From Camelus ferus (lineage: Eukaryota), in the NCBI RefSeq assembly GCF_009834535.1, contig NC_045717.1, positions 16,802,001 through 16,866,000 of the forward strand: DNA of 64,000 bases, in the 5' to 3' direction. Of the stretch, positions 1 through 10,597 are shown one piece after another. The notes under the pieces are model-generated. The model had not been told where the DNA came from, ran no database searches, and saw only the letters and a program-made list of their open reading frames with translations. The position numbers and the translations under genes are program-made. Each line of letters starts with the position of its first letter. Within the stretch, counting starts at the first letter, position 1.

Positions 1-1389
1 AGAATAAAAGTGTTACAGGAACTAGCATAAAGGTTAATGAAGCCCATTATAATGACTTGCAATCTTCTATTAGAAGCTTTATAGCTTGAAGGGCTTCTTT
101 ACTTACAGAGTATTGATTAATTCTAGGGAGAGGTTTTGAGAGGTCTGTTTGGATCTCAATGGAAGATGCACTGTGGATTTTGCCAACATCAGTTGGAGAT
201 TTTGCCCATAAGGAGGGTGGTAGCTGAATCAATAGGGACAAATGATCATTGTCTCCAGAGTCAGCTCCAGTATCATCAGAGATGGGGCAAATAAAAAATG
301 CTGAAGGATTATTTAATTAACCGTATTGGCTATTTTGATTGCTACTCTCAAATTCTAGAATTATTTCCCCCTTTCTGGAGAAAGAAATTCTGGCATAATA
401 CTTTTCTAAGATGTTTCAGCCTGATAAATAAATAAGGGCTGAGGAACTAATGAGAAAAGGGTGTGTCTCTCTCAAGGGGCCTAAACAAAAGGGAATAGGT
501 TCATTCTTGAGGTTCATTAGAGACTCCCAATATTAGAACTGTTCCAGTACTGTGAGGCAGGGGCTGCTTTAGAGCAGAGGAATTGAACATCCAGAGTGTG
601 TCTCCAGTGTCAATAAGGGACAGACACAGGTTCATTCCCAATCTGGAGAGTTGTTTCTCTGAGCAGATTAAGACAGAATATTGGAAAGAGCCGCTGTAAT
701 TCCTGGGAATTAGAAGGACATTGGAAAGCCTGGTAAGGGGACTGAAGATGCCTGGAAGCTTAACTTTATAACAGTCTCATTTCTAGTGTCCTGGCTTTTT
801 GCAAAATAGAGAAATTAGGTTTTTGGTTTTTAAAGACCTTCATTTGCTATAGTTAAAAATTAAGACTTTTGGTGTTCTTTCTTTTAGGTGACTCATCTAG
901 GGTGCAAGCAAGCTGATTTGCCGAATTAACTACATCTGGAGTGGACATAATTTCCCATTCCACCCTGGTCCTTTTAACTAAAAGAGAAAGATCCCAGTTC
1001 AGCCCATTAATAAACATAGAGTTAAAGGCTACCCTGTGGATTCAACATCTGAAAAAGACCAGAATTTTCTTTGAAAACAATCTGAAGTTGATTATAGTAG
1101 TTATGAACAGGTACATCAGATTTTTGTGTGCAAGCCTAAATTTTGTTCTGGTCATTGAGTGTAGAAAAAGCTACTGCAATTGATCTGTGGAGGACTCTAG
1201 TGAGTGTTCTAGGCTCTTGACAAAAGTTAGGGGTTTGTTTTTCCTAAATCCTTTTCAGAGGATGTTCCCATTGGGTTAGCTAGTTTCATCCAATACTTGG
1301 TTTGATCCTTACCAACAAGCATGTGGACTAACTGAGATAAATCTAGACAGCCAGGCTTGTTTTGAGATAGGCTGGGACCTGGCACTCTT

Positions 1390-2031
1390 TACCAGGAGTG
1401 CCTGCACCCAGACAAATGGCTCCTCGAAGCAACAGAGTACAAAGAAATTACAAGGCACTAAAAATATCTACAACACATGTTCAGTTGGGGCAACTATGAA
1501 CAATAAGATACAAAAAGGCCACAAACCAGCTGCCATTTCGGAAGTGCCAGCAAAAGCAAGGTACTGGGCATGATCCCATCACACAGCACCTCCATGGGCA
1601 TGTGCAGAACACCTAAGCTATGCCTCCTACCCAAACCACTGATCTGCCCCCACCCTCTCCCTGTTTAAGGACCGAGCTTGTTTCCTCCTCCACTCAGCTC
1701 AGGGAGTGATTAAGGGCATTTGTTTCTTATTTTCACTTCCTCCTGCTGCAGCAGTCCCAGTAAAGTCATGCTTGAATTTCTTTATTTTTTAATAATATTC
1801 TTTTTAAATTAATTGATTGATTGATTGATTGTGGGGGAGAGGGTAATTATGTTCATTTATTTATTTATTTACCTTTTTAATGGAAGTACTGGGGGTTAAA
1901 CCCCGGACCTTGTGCTTACTAAGCATTCACTCTACCACTGAGCTATAACCTGCCTCCCATGCCTGAATTTTTTATCCAGCCTTTTATCAATTTCTATTGA
2001 TTAAAAATTCTGAGAACCTGGGTCTGTAATA
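1390..2031 (+). mobile_element. Solo ERV LTR containing a SINE insertion (5' boundary approximate)
   Basis: U3-like body, AGTAAA near 1759, U5-like end CTTTTATCAATTTCTATTGATTAAAAATTCTGAGAACCTGGGTCTGTAATA. Confidence 0.55.
1781..1958 (-). mobile_element. tRNA-Ala-derived camelid SINE (vic-1-like)
   Basis: Reverse complement of the GGGAGG..TATAGCTCAGTGGTAGAGTG..CTTAG head, a T-rich tail, and flanking ATGC(T/C)TGAATTT duplication. Confidence 0.8.
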
Positions 2032-2677
2032 GGTTGAACTCCTATGTGAAATTCTCCAGCAAACCTATCGGAGCCCTCAGTTACTTTAGGGAACTCTTGC
2101 AATTCATATGGTTTGCAATTCAGCCTCAGTCCAGGGAACCTAAGAAACTTGTGTTTTATTTGGGTCCTTAGAAGATTTCACTTTAAAAGGGCAGATTCTG
2201 ATTGGTTTGGGGTGAGGGGGTGAGAGAGATTTAGGGAAAAAGGTAAGTTTGGCCAGAGAATTAGGATGGGGAAGCAAAGGGTACAGAGGAAGTGGAGGCA
2301 GTGCAAAGAGAAAGAGGAAGATGGCAACAGATGTGAAGCCTTAGCACAAGACGGGTGCTGCAACACAGAAAAGTTGAAGGAGAGGAAAGAGAGCCTCAGG
2401 GCCATGTTGTCTCTCTTTGTTTGCTTCAGTTAACTTAAAAATTGTGTTTTGCAGAGAGGCCATTTTTGACTCCTGATAATGTTTGGAAGCCTCAAAATAT
2501 CAATCAAAATAGGCATCCCATTCAATTTGGACAATTTTAGAGCCATGGCTGTCCAATATTAAGAAAATTAAGTTTAGGGAGTTCAAAAGTTCCCCAAAAT
2601 GGCCATCAGTGTTCTAAATTATTTTGGGGTTAAGTCAGTCCATTTAGTTAGAAATGGGCATGAGTAGAGACTGATTG

Positions 2678-2798
2678 GGGAGTGGGGGGTAATTTGGTTT
2701 GTTTGTTTGTTTGTTTGTTTTAGAGGAGATACTTTGAATTGAACCCAGGACCATGAATATGCTAAGCATATGCTCTACAACTTGAGCTACACCCTCCC
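2678..2798 (-). mobile_element. tRNA-Ala-derived SINE (vic-1-like)
   Basis: ...GAACCCAGGACC..GCTAAGCATATGCTCTACAACTTGAGCTACACCCTCCCC with a (TTTG)n tail. Confidence 0.75.
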
Positions 2799-3059
2799 CA
2801 GGATTGTGATTTTTAAACATAAAGTTGACTGGGATCCCTAAAGGGGAGTGGAGGGGAACCCTCAAAACATTTAGATGACTGTAATCCCATTTCTTAGAGG
2901 TTTTTCTTTAGAGCAAAGGAAAAAAAATCTTAAACAGCATAGTTCCCATAGAAACACCCAGGTTCCAAAAGGAACCAGACTGAGGACTAGTACAGTTTCA
3001 GTAGAAACAGCCTGGTTTCAAAAGTCAGGCCAAATGGGTAATCACAGAAAGGACAAAGC

Positions 3060-3096
<37 letters not shown>

Positions 3097-3324
3097 TCCT
3101 CAATAAAGTCTGGAGACTTTAAAAATGCAAAAAAAGCAGATTTTAAATCCAGGAGAAAATTTACCCTCAAACTTGGGAAGAAAGGACTGGGCTCAGTGGG
3201 CTCTGTGGGTACCAGCACCTGTTTGCTTACCAGCCTCAGTCTTATTAGGGGTCCTTTGTGGACCCCACTTCTCAGACATCAAGTAAAATTTACCTAAAAC
3301 AATTAAACAATCAGTTATTTTACC

Positions 3325-3371
3325 AAAAAAAAAAAAAAAAAAAGAAGAAGAAGAAGAAGAAGAAGAAGAAG
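3325..3371. repeat. Poly(A) plus (GAA)n microsatellite
   Basis: An A-run followed by about 9 GAA units, read directly from the sequence. Confidence 0.9.
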
Positions 3372-3389
3372 CAGGGGGCGGGGGTACTC

Positions 3390-3790
3390 GGGAAAACAAT
3401 TGCAATTTGGGATATGCAAATTATAGTGAACCACAGACAAGCCTGGAGAATGTAGGAGAGAAGTGTTCTCTTATAGAGGAGAAGGGGGAGTTGAGAGGGG
3501 CTATTATAAACAAAGAGTCCACTGGAGGAAACTGGGAGTTCAAAGTGTAGTGGCTTTTCATTGGCTGAGTTGTGACAGTCTCTAATTGGCTGGTCTGTTG
3601 CCAGGCAGGGAGAAATCCTTCCTTCCTCCCTCCTGCTGAGTAGCAAAGTAGTCATCTTCTTCCTGTTGGAGGTGCAAAAGTACCACCTCTGTCTGTTGCA
3701 GAATTGACACTGAGAGGTAGGTCATAGGAGCTCACCCTTCTGGCCTCCCCACCCCATTTTAAATGAGGTTTCTGTTTATTCGTTTTCACG
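3390..3790 (-). mobile_element. Old LTR-like element (family not assigned)
   Basis: Minus strand begins TGAAAACGAATAAACAGAAACCTCATTTAAAATGGGGTGG and contains CCAAT boxes, typical of eutherian ERV1 LTRs. Confidence 0.45.
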
Positions 3791-4512
3791 TTTCCCCATT
3801 TTGATCAAAATCTTTCTCTGAAAGCTGATCGAGAGTCAGGTTTGTTTGTTTGTTTTCCCAGGTCAGTAAGCTCAGCAGGTATGTATTCTCTCATCAGGAA
3901 CACTTCCTGAAACTGGGGGCTGCCCCACCGGCTGGGTTTGTGGTTGCTGTGCTTCTGCTGTCCTTGGTATTAGGGGTCTAACAGCACAAGGTGCTTCATC
4001 CATTTCACCGTCAATCACCACAACATCCTCCCCTTCAGTCTCCTCACTTTCCCAGGGGTCCCACCTCTTAGTGGCTTTATTCCAGGTGCTCCAACCTTAA
4101 TCTGAGGCGGCTTGCACCCTCCTAGCTTTGCAAAACAGCACACTCAGTTCTCCAACTTAATATCCTGCTTTCCCACCTTCTCCACTAGCCCCAAAGCTAT
4201 CAGAGTAGTGAACAACCACATCTTTCTCTAACCTCAACTTTTCCTCCAATTTGCTAACTCGAGCTTCAGCCTCTAATTGGCATGGGTGTCCAGCTCCCTG
4301 TGACAGTCATTCATCTCCCTTCTTTGCTGAACTGCACTCTGCACAGTTCCTCAAACAGTACATTAGACCAGCTAATGTTTTCAGGGCATCTCTGTACTCA
4401 TGTGGAGGTCCACAAGCATCTAACATACAGGACACTCTTCCTCACACAGAGGTCGATGGCCATCCAGTAATTTCCCCCTCAGATGCCTCTTTCCCAAGGC
4501 CCATTCCTTCAG

Positions 4513-4531
4513 TCTCCTGGCTGGCTCACCA
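4513..4531 (-). promoter_or_regulatory. Retroviral primer-binding site, tRNA-Arg(ACG) type
   Basis: Minus strand reads TGGTGAGCCAGCCAGGAGA, 17/18 match to the complement of the tRNA-Arg(ACG) 3' end (TGGCGAGCCAGCCAGGAG). It follows LTR-terminal CA plus 2 nt. Confidence 0.75.
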
Positions 4532-4600
4532 ATTGTTGGCTCCCAACCTCCAGAACCAACGCGAGCTGGTATTCCCTGAGTGAAATCTGAAACTGGCCCC

Positions 4601-4985
4601 TGTAGACAGAGGGTAAGGAGTGACGGAAGAAGGAGGCAGAACACTCCATAATTGTAGGTGGCGGGTTTAATAAGCAAGGAAACTTACTTAAAAGGCTTGT
4701 CTTGGGCGCCTGCAAGATAAGTAGGTCTCAGCCCTCACCCACCATGATCTTACAAGTTTATACAGAGATCTTAATGGGGTTCAGTCAGATGTATCAACCA
4801 GATGGCTTCAAAAATGCATTATTCTCTCAAGGTTGTGGCTTAAAGTGGCTTGAAGTGAGAAAAGTGGGCAGAACATATATTCCAGTATAGAGGAAGGGGG
4901 GTGGAAAAGGATAGAGGAAGAGATAAGGAGCCTCTAATTGCCCCGTCCAGCTCTCAGGTCAACTGGTCATCACATCCTCTCAACA
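4601..4985 (-). mobile_element. ERV LTR inserted beside the PBS-bearing LTR end
   Basis: TG...CA termini (TGTAGAC at 4601; TCAACA near 4983). ATTAAA on the minus strand (plus TTTAAT near 4666). Confidence 0.5.
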
Positions 4986-5639
4986 ACCTCTTCCAACAAG
5001 AAAACATGGTTTGGATGCCCACACTCAGTCCTGGGGCTGCTTCAGAGGCCCAGGACTGAGAAAGGGGTGCTGATTGAACTGCAGACCCAGGGAAATGTCC
5101 AATGTGGGTCGAGGGCACTCTGGAGCTGGTGTGTTTTATAGGAGAGGGAGGGGCTGCTGGAATGGGGACCAGGGAAGGAGCTGGAATGAAAACAAGAACA
5201 ACTGTGACACGATTGGAGAGATAAGAATCCACCCAGGGGCAGGCAATGGATTAAATTCTAGATTCCTCTTTAGGGAAAGCAAGAGCCAGGGAGACACACA
5301 TTCTGCTGGGACCCAGGAACCCCATTTTGGGGAGCTCCATCTAAGGAAAGGATTCAATCAAATCCAAAACTTATCAACTGATGATAAGGATGAAGTCTCA
5401 CAGGGTAGTAAGAATGCACTAGGCATTGAGCCAAACATTTTTGATATATTGATGTATTTAATTCTCATAATGACTTGGGATGTAGCTGGTATCACACCCA
5501 TTCTATAAGAAAGCACTAAATAAATAAATAAGTAAAACTAATGAAAGAAACCACAGTGTCAGCAGGATGAAGTAGCTGGTCCAGAGCCAAGATGGAATTT
5601 GAGGGGAGGTCTGATTCCTAAGCTGCACCTAAGACCCTC

Positions 5640-5850
5640 CAGGGCAGTGCTTCTCACCCTCCGCACTCCTGAGATGGAGCATTCTCTGTGGCGGTGGGAC
5701 CACCGTCCTGTGCACTGTGGGAAGTTGAGCATAAGCCCCGCCTCCACTCGCTAGAGGCCAGCGCCCTTCCTCCTGCAGCTGTGACAACCAAAACTGTCTC
5801 TAGCCATTGTCAAATGTCCCCCTGGGGGCAGAATTGCCCCTGGGCCAGCG
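5640..5850. mobile_element. MER20 (hAT-Charlie) DNA transposon fossil
   Basis: GTCCTGTGCACTGTGGGAAGTTGAGCA...GTGACAACCAAAACTGTCTCTAGCCATTGTCAAATGTCCCCTGGGGGCAGAATTGCCCC matches the recalled MER20 consensus. Confidence 0.75.
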
Positions 5851-5982
5851 GCTTTCTACAAGCATGGAGATGTCCCTCTGTCGCCCACACGGGGCTACGC
5901 ACAACTAAAAACACTTCAATGTCCCAAAGTAAGGCATTCTGTCAATGCAATGAAATGTATGTGTAGTTTAATGAACAGAAAT

Positions 5983-6215
5983 AAAACAGTTGAACAGATA
6001 CACGTTACTGCACGTAAAATAGATAAACAACAAGGACCTACTGTATAGCAAAGGGAACTAGATTCAATTTCTTGTAATGAGCTGTAATGGAAAAGAAACT
6101 GAAAAAATATATATGTACGTAATTATGTGCATAACTGAATCACTTTGTTGTAGACCTAAAACTGACATTGTAAATTGACTACATGTTAATAAAAAATAAG
6201 AATTAAAGAAAAGAA
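5983..6215 (+). mobile_element. L1 3' end fragment
   Basis: AAAATAGATAAACAACAAGGACCTACTGTATAGCAAAGGGAACTA...ACTGAATCACTTTG...TTGTAAATTGACTA followed by an A-rich tail. Confidence 0.7.
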
Positions 6216-6469
6216 GGTGATGAGAGCTACACATAAAAGAACACACCCAGAAAATGAAAAAAAAAAAAAAACCTAAAAAACAACAAAAAAAGAAAGAAAA
6301 TAGTTGACGGAGGGAAGCAGGATGATTGGATCTTTGCGTCCTTTACGGACTTTTTTCTTTAATGTCTCTACGTTATCATCTTAATATTAACCATGAAAAG
6401 AAAAACCTTTGTGCATGCTCTCTGCTCCTAGAATCATGTCACTTCCCTGCCTACCCCAACCTTCTCTCT

Positions 6470-6850
6470 TTTTTTTTTTTTCTGAGAAGTATAGTCAGTT
6501 ACAATGTGTCAGTTTCTGGTGTACAGCATCATGTTTCAGTCATGCACATACATACATATATTTGTTTTCATATGCTTTATTATTATAGGTTACTACAAGA
6601 TACAGAATATAGTTCCCTATGCTATTACAGAAGAAATTTGTTTTTTATCTTTTTTATATATAGTAGTTAATATTTCCAAATCTTGAATTCCCAATTTGTC
6701 CCTTCCTATCCCCTTTACCCCTGGTAACCATAAGATTGTTTACTATGTCTGTGAGTCTGTTTCTGTTTTGTAGGTAAGTTCATTAATGTCTTACTTTTTC
6801 TTTTTTTAGATTTCTCATATGAGCGATATCATATGGTATTTTTCTTTCCC
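6470..6850 (-). mobile_element. L1 3' end fragment
   Basis: T-tail, then AAGTATAGTCAGTTACAATGTGTCAG...ATAGTTCCCTATGCTA...GAGTCTGTTTCTGTTTTGTA, a Laurasiatherian L1 3'UTR pattern. Confidence 0.7.
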
Positions 6851-7059
6851 CTTGACCTTCCCTTAAATGAGCCCCTTATAAACATTTGGTTTCTACTTGC
6901 CTACGAGGAATATTCCAGAACACTTCCTTGGAACTAAGTTTGTTAAAACAAAGAGTCAAAGCTGGAACTATTTGAATGACAAAATAAACAATGGAAAGTG
7001 TAAAAGAAATATCCCCGAGTCCACACTGATTTAAATAAATGATTGAATAAATAAATAAA

Positions 7060-7750
7060 TGGGGGAGAAGAGACATCTCCCAGGCAGAAGAATCCCGAAT
7101 AATTTATGCAGATGCTCTGCCCTCAAGGAGGTGGAGGGTGACTCCTCATCCCTTAGGTTTGGGCTGTATATAGTGACTTCCTTCCAGAGGGTACAGCACA
7201 GAAAGAGGGGAAGAGAGTAACTCAACAGTGGAGACACCTGGCAGACACTTCAGCCAGGTGACTTCAACATCACAGTGATACGTTATATTGGTGGCATATG
7301 CCCTGGACACGGTGTGATGAGAAGGGGGCTTTGCCTCTGTGGTCCTCCCTAAACCCATCACCCCAGTTCAATCATGAGAAAAACACCAGACAAATCCTAG
7401 CTGAGGGCCATCCTTCAAAACACCTCAAAACTGTCAAGATCATCAAAACCAAGAAAGTCTCAGAAAGGATTCCAGCCCAGGGGAGCCTAAAGAGACATGA
7501 CAACTTAATGTAACCTGGGGATCCCAGGACAGACATTAGGGAACATGAGGAGATCTGAATAATGCATGGACTCCAGTTAGCAATAATGTTCTCAGTCAGT
7601 ACTGGTTCATTAATTTTAACACACGTCCCATACAGATGTAAAATGGTAAAAATAGGAGAAATGAGGTGTAGGGTATAGGCAACATTTTTGTACTATCTTT
7701 GCTATTTTTCTGCAAATCAAAAGCTATTCCAAAATAAAATGCTTCTTTAA
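7060..7750 (+). mobile_element. Old L1M 3'UTR fragment
   Basis: AAAACTGTCAAGATCATCAAAACCAAG...GACATGACAACTTAATGTAA...TACTATCTTTGCTATTTTTCTGCAAATC...TCCAAAATAAAA. Confidence 0.6.
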
Positions 7751-7765
7751 AAAAAATAACAAATC

Positions 7766-7930
7766 TGGGGGGAGGTTATAGATCAACGGTAGAGTGTGTG
7801 CTTTAGCATGCACAAGGTCCAGAGTTCGATCCCCAGTCCCTCCATTAAAAATAAGTAATTAAATTAAAAAAAATAAACAAACATAATTACCTCCCCCCCA
7901 AAAATAAAAAAAAAACAAAAAAATTAAAAA
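7766..7930 (+). mobile_element. tRNA-Ala-derived SINE (vic-1-like)
   Basis: GGGGGGAGGTTATAGATCAACGGTAGAGTG...AGCATGCACAAGGTCC..GTTCGATCCCCAG, an A-rich tail, and flanking AAAAATAACAAA duplication. Confidence 0.8.
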
Positions 7931-8327
7931 TAACAAAGCTAAAAGCTGAGGAATGGTAGCACAACTATTTCTATTTGGAATTTTAGAGAGAAAAAAATCA
8001 CAAACTTTCTGTTTGCAGAGCTAGGACTAGAGTGAGACGAATAAGGTACTTGCTTTGGTTGCAAAATATGGGGCAAGGGGCACCTAACAGTTCTATTATT
8101 GTTATCTCCATCTTAGAGCTATGGAAACTGAGACGGAGAGGAAATCGCTTGCCCACAGTCTCACAGAGAGGCAGGGCTGCTCACACACAATATTAGCCTC
8201 TACCGGAAATTGTGGTCCCGAGCTGACTCTCAGGTTTGAAACTAGCACAGTGGGGCTCCCATAAGTCAGCTTTGCCAAGCGTTGTGCACCTGGAGTCCTG
8301 GCCTGGGAGGGAGGCCCCTGCTTATGG

Positions 8328-8928
8328 TGTTGCTGACAATTAGGTTCTTGTCTCATCCCTGGAAGAATTCGGAGACGACATGCGGAGGTTAAGAAAGCAA
8401 AGTGAGGATTTATTAAGGGATGGATAGTACACTCTCAAGGGAAGAGCGGGCAGGCTCGGGTGAGCAGCTGCACTGAGCTTCTTTGGCAAGTTGGTTACAG
8501 AGTGTAAAAATGAATGGGCGGAATATTCATTGGGGAGGGAAGGGTTTGGGATCGTATTCCCTGATTTCCATCCGAGCTCCACCTTCCCCAGGGGAGGAAG
8601 GATTTCTGTCCTTAGTATGGATCGGAAGTGTCATGGTGTCGGTGCATGACAGATACTTCTAATCTGCAAGGCTAATATTATTGTAATGAGGCATAATGAG
8701 CAAATGGTTACATTCAGACACAGGAGATTCCTGCTTTTTCCCAGCTTTATTTGCCTGCCTCTAGGACACTTGTCACCCCAAAATATGTGATCTCTTATCA
8801 GGTCGGAGGTTCCTGCTTTTTTCTCTCTGCCCAAGGACCCCCATTGTTCACAAGATGTATGGTTTCCTGCCATTTGGCCCGGGCCCCTTCTTTTTCTGGT
8901 CCTATCTAGCTATCTGCCTACTCTAACA
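8328..8928 (-). mobile_element. Solo ERV LTR about 1.6 kb upstream of BST2
   Basis: TGTT...TAACA termini, about 600 bp, with minus-strand AATAAA (plus TTTATT 8409-8414). Confidence 0.65.
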
Positions 8929-10109
8929 CTGCAAGGAGACAAGAACTTAATCTTCGGCAGGAGTGGGGCACACAAGCTCCCCCTGGGCCTCCTCCACAAG
9001 ATTGTCTCTGATCCCATGTCATTTGGCTGCTGAGTGGCTTTAAGGGGTGTGGGGGGGGGGCTTCAAGGCCAGGGCTTCTGGCCTTGGCCCTGCCCACCAT
9101 CTGACCCAGCTAACTGCAAACACTAGAAATGGCTGACCCAAGAGAATCTGGGTTGTGGTCAGGCTGCGACTAAAAGAAGCCACAGGAAAAAGCACACAGC
9201 TGCCTTCCAGAGGTCACAGCCGGCAGCTGGTAGACTGTAATCAGGCTGATTTCCAGCAGCAAGCTCCAGCTCCCTTGGTCACATGGAGGAAAGGTCAGTA
9301 TGGCCTAAGTTTCCTCAAACCTCCCTCCACGGTCCAACCCCTTTTAGGGGCCTCTCCCCAGACAGCCCCCCCGAGCCCTGTGGGTTCAGCATGTCCCAAA
9401 TGGACCTGATTGTCTTTCCTCAAAATGTGCTTCTCACTCTGTGGCCTTGTTTTCACATTATCCACCTCTCCTGCCCTGTGCCACAGGACCAGCCATACAC
9501 CCATTGAGAGCCTGCTAGATGCCAAAGCACTTTACTCAGAACTCCTCATTGGCCCTCCTAATGAGGCTGCTCCTGTTATTGTCCCATTTTACAGATAAGG
9601 AAACTGAGGTTTAAAGGGTTTACATCACACCCTGGAGTGGCAGGGGCAGATTCTGGGAGGAGGAGGCTGTTTCTGGCTGGAGCCAGACCAGTACCTGGGC
9701 GACCTTGTTCGTTGGCTGGGGCGGCCTCTGGTGGCCAAATGGGGCAACTGCAGTCTTGGTCACAGGGCATGGGGGTGTCCATCCAGATGGCCCCCCTCCT
9801 TCCGCCAGGCTATGATCCTGCCTCTGACACCCTCTGTGGCTCTCTGTGGTCCCCTTTGCTTGGTCAGGGATGCTAAGTGAACCCCTGCTAGGTCTAGGTC
9901 ACCACGGAGACCCGTGAACTCAAAACCCAGCCTCTTTGGTCAGATCCAGACCTGGCCCCCTGTCCACCACTCACCTCTCAACCTCACTTTCCTCAGCTGG
10001 GGACTGGAACAAAAATGTCCTTCACCTCTTCAGGTCATGGGACAGATGGAGACAAAGCTGGCATACACTAGGCGCTCAGTAACTGCAGTTGTCACTCTCA
10101 GAAACACAT

Positions 10110-10225
10110 AGGAGAGGGTGTATAGCTCAGTGGTAGAGAGCCTGGGTTCAATCCCCAGTATCTCCGTTAAAATAAATAAATAAATAAACCTAATTACCCC
10201 CTCCCCCCGCAAAGAAAGAAACTTT
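10110..10225 (+). mobile_element. Internally deleted vic-1-like SINE immediately upstream of the BST2 promoter
   Basis: GGAGAGGGTGTATAGCTCAGTGGTAGAGAGCCTGGGTTCAATCCCCAG (anticodon arm missing) followed by (AAAT)n-AAACCTAATTACC tail. Confidence 0.75.
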
Positions 10226-10355
10226 TAAGAGAAGGGCAGGGACTTGAGATGGGGTGTCGCAGGCAGTCCTAGCTGCCCCTCCAAAGGATCTCACTGGCCA
10301 GCATCCAGCCCAGAAATCCCCAAGGCTATAATTTGGCAGAAACAACTCACCCTTT

Positions 10356-10386
10356 TTCTTGGGAAAATGAAAAGGAAACCGAAACC
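10356..10386 (+). promoter_or_regulatory. BST2 interferon-response cluster: tandem IRF/ISRE motifs plus TTC-N4-GAA
   Basis: TTCTTGGGAAAATGAAAAGGAAACCGAAACC contains GAAANNGAAA twice, about 110 bp upstream of the TATA box. Confidence 0.7.
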
Positions 10387-10486
10387 TAAAGCCTGGGCTG
10401 TCCTCTGCCTGCAGATTTCGTGTTCAACACCTCCAAGTCAGAGGACCCTCCCAGAACTCATCATTGGTCAGCACAGCTCCTATGCT

Positions 10487-10492
10487 TATAAG
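10487..10492 (+). promoter_or_regulatory. BST2 TATA-like box
   Basis: CTTATAAGGGGGCAGC, about 80 nt upstream of the ancestral start position. Confidence 0.55.
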
Positions 10493-10597
10493 GGGGCAGC
10501 CCCAGTCCACAGAAGGTTCCAGCGCCCTTCTCTAACTCCCATCCAAACTCCCTACTGGCAGATCTGGTTGGCACCCACTTTTTATCACTACAGCCCT

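Larger units (their letters stand above)
1..4531 (-). mobile_element. Decayed ERV1-class provirus internal region (leader/gag/pro/pol remnants), interrupted by younger LTRs and SINEs
   Basis: Minus ORF 47-241 (LWAKSPTDVGKIHSASSIEIQTDLSKPLPRINQYSVSKEALQAIKLLIED) resembles the N-terminus of gammaretrovirus-like RT. A PBS lies at 4513-4531 next to an LTR-like end ...CCAACA. No long intact ORF. Confidence 0.7.

Noticed and set aside
2875-3455. Lysine-rich ORFs
   Set aside because: Artefacts of poly(A) and (GAA)n runs inside ERV DNA.
9000-10350. BISPR-like divergent lncRNA
   Set aside because: Known in human, but I cannot identify exons or homology from this sequence alone.
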